Shown here: piece by piece, positions 61,018 to 64,000 of the stretch
Layout of the letters: every line of letters begins with the position of its first letter
How positions within the stretch are numbered: position 1 is the first letter of the stretch
NCBI RefSeq assembly: GCF_963921235.1
Contig: NC_086108.1
Span: 100,628,001-100,692,000 of the forward strand
Source of the DNA: Mobula hypostoma
Taxonomy: Eukaryota
DNA length: 64,000 nucleotides
Direction: 5' to 3'
Made by a program: the position numbers and the translations under genes
The notes under the pieces: model-generated
Databases searched by the model: none
Seen by the model: only the letters and a program-made list of their open reading frames with translations
Told to the model about the DNA's origin: nothing

Positions 61018-63378
61018 ATGCTGCTAGCTGCCCACTGATCTATGACTCTCTTGAAGAGCATTTAGATGCATTGGTCCCCAAGGTCTGATGGCATCAATCC
61101 CAGCTGCCAAGAGAGGCAAAAGAGGCATAGGTGGGATCAGCTAATTACAGTTAGGTAAATAGGCAGTCTTTTCTCCAGAATAGAAATTCAGGTCTTCATG
61201 GCATTTTAAGATGGGGCGAGGGAGTGAGGGGGTTTAGAAGCAAGCAACGTTTAAGAGACATGACAGGCACATGTGCAGGCAAGGAATTGAGTGATAAAAA
61301 CCACATGCAGGCAAGTGTGCAGTTTAAATTGGCAACATGATTGGCAAAGACATCACAAGCTGAACAGCTTGTCCTTGAGATATACTGTTCTACTTCTTAA
61401 ATCTCTTTAAAGAAAAGCAACAATGCTCCGGAGATTAAAGTAACGTCATTTAGTCAAATAATAGTGTATCAAATATAAAATGCATTAGCAAATTACAAAA
61501 GACTGCAGCCAGTTACAAGAAAATATTCTGGTCCAACAATATAAAATCAAGAGGCAAAAATTCCATGTTTGACACACTTCACAATAAAGCTGTATTTATG
61601 CTAGTACTTCAACACCATAAAATGATACAAATCATAGGAGGAATCTACCTCACTTTGGGCTTCAACTTAATAATCTCAAACAGAAGTTCACTAGAAATAC
61701 ACAAAAGAAAGGCAGTGGGGGCAATGTGTATCTATCTAAGCCCTAATTAAACTTTTAAGTGGAGCTATCTCACCAGAATGAAAGGAAAATTCATCCCACA
61801 ATTAGTCACAATAAATGAAGTACAAACTAAGGAATCAATAAAACACAGCACATCTTCCAAGATCAGGTGTCATAGAGCCAATTACAGAATAAAGTACCTT
61901 CCAACCTTTTCCAGCACAGAATTGCATTTTCCACATCAATGTGGCAGTTTCTCTGAATAAGATTAAATACTTGTGCAAATGTAGAGTAACACACACTTCC
62001 AGCAACTGCACAATCTCTTGTGTTAATATTTGTGCAACTTATCACTTTTTAACCACAAAGTAGTCTTTTATCAAACTTTTCCCCAGATGATTCCAGTATC
62101 ATTTCCACTACTAACATGAACAGCTTTAAAATATGTTGAAACTGCAATTCGAGCGAACTAAAACAGGTTCTGCAATAATAGACCTCTGTGGCAAAGAGCT
62201 GTACTGAATGCCAGACTTTGTTCTATTCTGAACATCCAGCCAAACAGTTGTACAAGTATAAATAATTGAGGCACATGGACTAAAGGTCAGAGCTCAGTGA
62301 CCAGTAGGAGGAGAAAAAGCGTTGGTCAAGAGTTTTCAATGCGAAGAGCAGTTGGCAAGTTGATAGGATCTGTTCCTTGAACTAGATCCATCCGTGTCTC
62401 CCAAGCCCAGTTGTTGGTGGGTGTCAAACAGCTACTTCCCATCAAATCAGTGTTGAAGGAAGCTTTATTCCGCCGTAGAAACTTCATTTTGCAGGATCTG
62501 ACCATAACTACTAAGTGAGCATTTATTGCCATCCATAACTGTCCTTGAATTGAGTACCTTGCTGGGGTATAAAGATGGCTGAAGGTTGGCTTTTACATGC
62601 AAAGTAGTTTTACAGTCATCTTTAAAATCTAGCTTTTCCCTTTTTTTAAAACCCAAATCATTAACAGAATTTAATTTCACTGCTGGGTTTTGAATTCGGG
62701 TCTCTGGATTGTTACTTCAGCCCTCTATGTTACTAATCTGGCAATTTAACTACTGTACAACCATAGTACTCAGAGATTAAGTGAACAAAGGGTAGGCAGT
62801 AATATACTTGGACAAAGAGCTAGGAGTTTATATTCAGATAACTGGTGACTTGGGAGGTTGTGAAATTGTTTGAAAAACATAGTAGATCACCTTATAAATA
62901 AAGCACAATGCAGAAGAGTAAAGGGCTTCAAAAAACTAACAACAATTGAAATATGGGTCCAATTCGGAATATCCCATTTTGAGAAGGTTCTACAAGAGAT
63001 TCATGGAAGGATTACAAGGATGAGGGGATTTGCTGTCTGGAAGCACTGTTGAAGCTAAGATTGTTCTCCTTGGAACTGAGGTGATCTGATGTACAATTAG
63101 AATTAGTAAACATAATGGTAGAGTTCATAGCAAAACTGTTCCCACTGACATTTGGGTCAAGAATAAGAGGATATTCAATGAGGATAATTTCTAAAAGAAC
63201 AAAAACATAAGGAGAAAAAAAATGAAATTTATGTTTGTGCGCATGTGCACAAACACACAGTAATTATAGTCAAGAATATATTGCCACAAGTAGAAAGAGC
63301 AGATTCAGAAGTTGGATAAAGGTCCAAAAAGTAAAGAACATGCAGCTATGAGGATAGAACAGAAGAATGAGAAACTAG

Positions 63379-64000
63379 TGTTACATACTCTGTAACGGGT
63401 TAAAGAACCAGCAGAAATGGAAAACACCTTGGAGTCTGGTACTGCTGTTAACTAATGCTCGTTTATTAGTAACTACACAATACAGTAATATAAATTCAGA
63501 CATATCAAACAGGTTAGCAATGATTATGTATACAAGTGTGGAAATATATAAAAATCAAGCTTCTTCAAGCCTGGGGGTAAACGGATACAGTCTTACGGTG
63601 ATGGATAAATGAAATCAGTTCAGTTCTTGGTACTGAGTTGAGTAGTGATGAAGAGAGAGAGCGGTGCCTAGTTCTTTAGGTGAGCTGATGCTGTCGATCT
63701 CGCTGTTGTCCTCCAAGACTTCCAAGTTAGCCAAACTCGACTACTTAAGAGATCCCTCTTCAAGTGATAGTCTACCAACCCAGACAAAGGTTAGACACAC
63801 GGGTAGACTCCACAGGGTTGCTCTTTCACGCACCAATCATCACAGATCGATCCCTCACGATCGATCCTCAGTCCCACACTCGTGGACACCTGAACAGGAT
63901 AGCGGTAACTTCACCACACCTTAGTGCATCTGCGTGTCCTGCGAAACAAGCAATTACGCTAGTTTAAACATTGTTGTGCTGAACACCAGCTGTCCATCAA
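63379..64000 (-). mobile_element. LTR related to 37276-38106, reverse orientation, truncated by the window end
   Basis: Its reverse complement ends ccagactccaaggtgttttccatttctgctggttctttaacccgttacagagtatgtaaca, versus ccagactccaacgagtggtccatttctgctggtttggcaacccagttacagggtacataaca in the first LTR. AATAAA on the minus strand at 63462-63467. Confidence 0.82.

Overview
This is eukaryotic, repeat-dominated DNA, not prokaryotic. The repeat families (several esterase-ORF1 CR1 LINEs, V-SINE/HE1-like SINEs, Penelope-derived repeats, Rex1-like LINEs) point to a cartilaginous fish, probably a ray or skate; that assignment is inference. No intact host gene, rRNA, true tRNA or CRISPR array is supportable, and nearly all long ORFs are decayed transposon ORFs or their antisense shadows. 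The window holds at least six large CR1 copies, a second CR1-group LINE, Rex1-like, RTE and Penelope fragments, SINEs, two related LTRs, and Harbinger, Tigger/pogo, Tc1 and mariner derivatives, often nested with readable target-site duplications (TSDs). The most interesting signals are at the RNA level. (1) A ~560-bp non-coding RTE-type retroposon (7245-7807) begins exactly with an HDV-like ribozyme fold that carries an extra hairpin in L3. (2) A 107-bp RTE-derived mini-element has a compact HDV-like pseudoknot. (3) Minimal hammerhead motifs recur in Penelope-derived repeats. (4) A tRNA-headed SINE shares its 3' tail with an RTE LINE in the same window. (5) A chimeric CR1 junction is locally duplicated. 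All alignments and folds were done by eye, and boundaries without TSDs are approximate.
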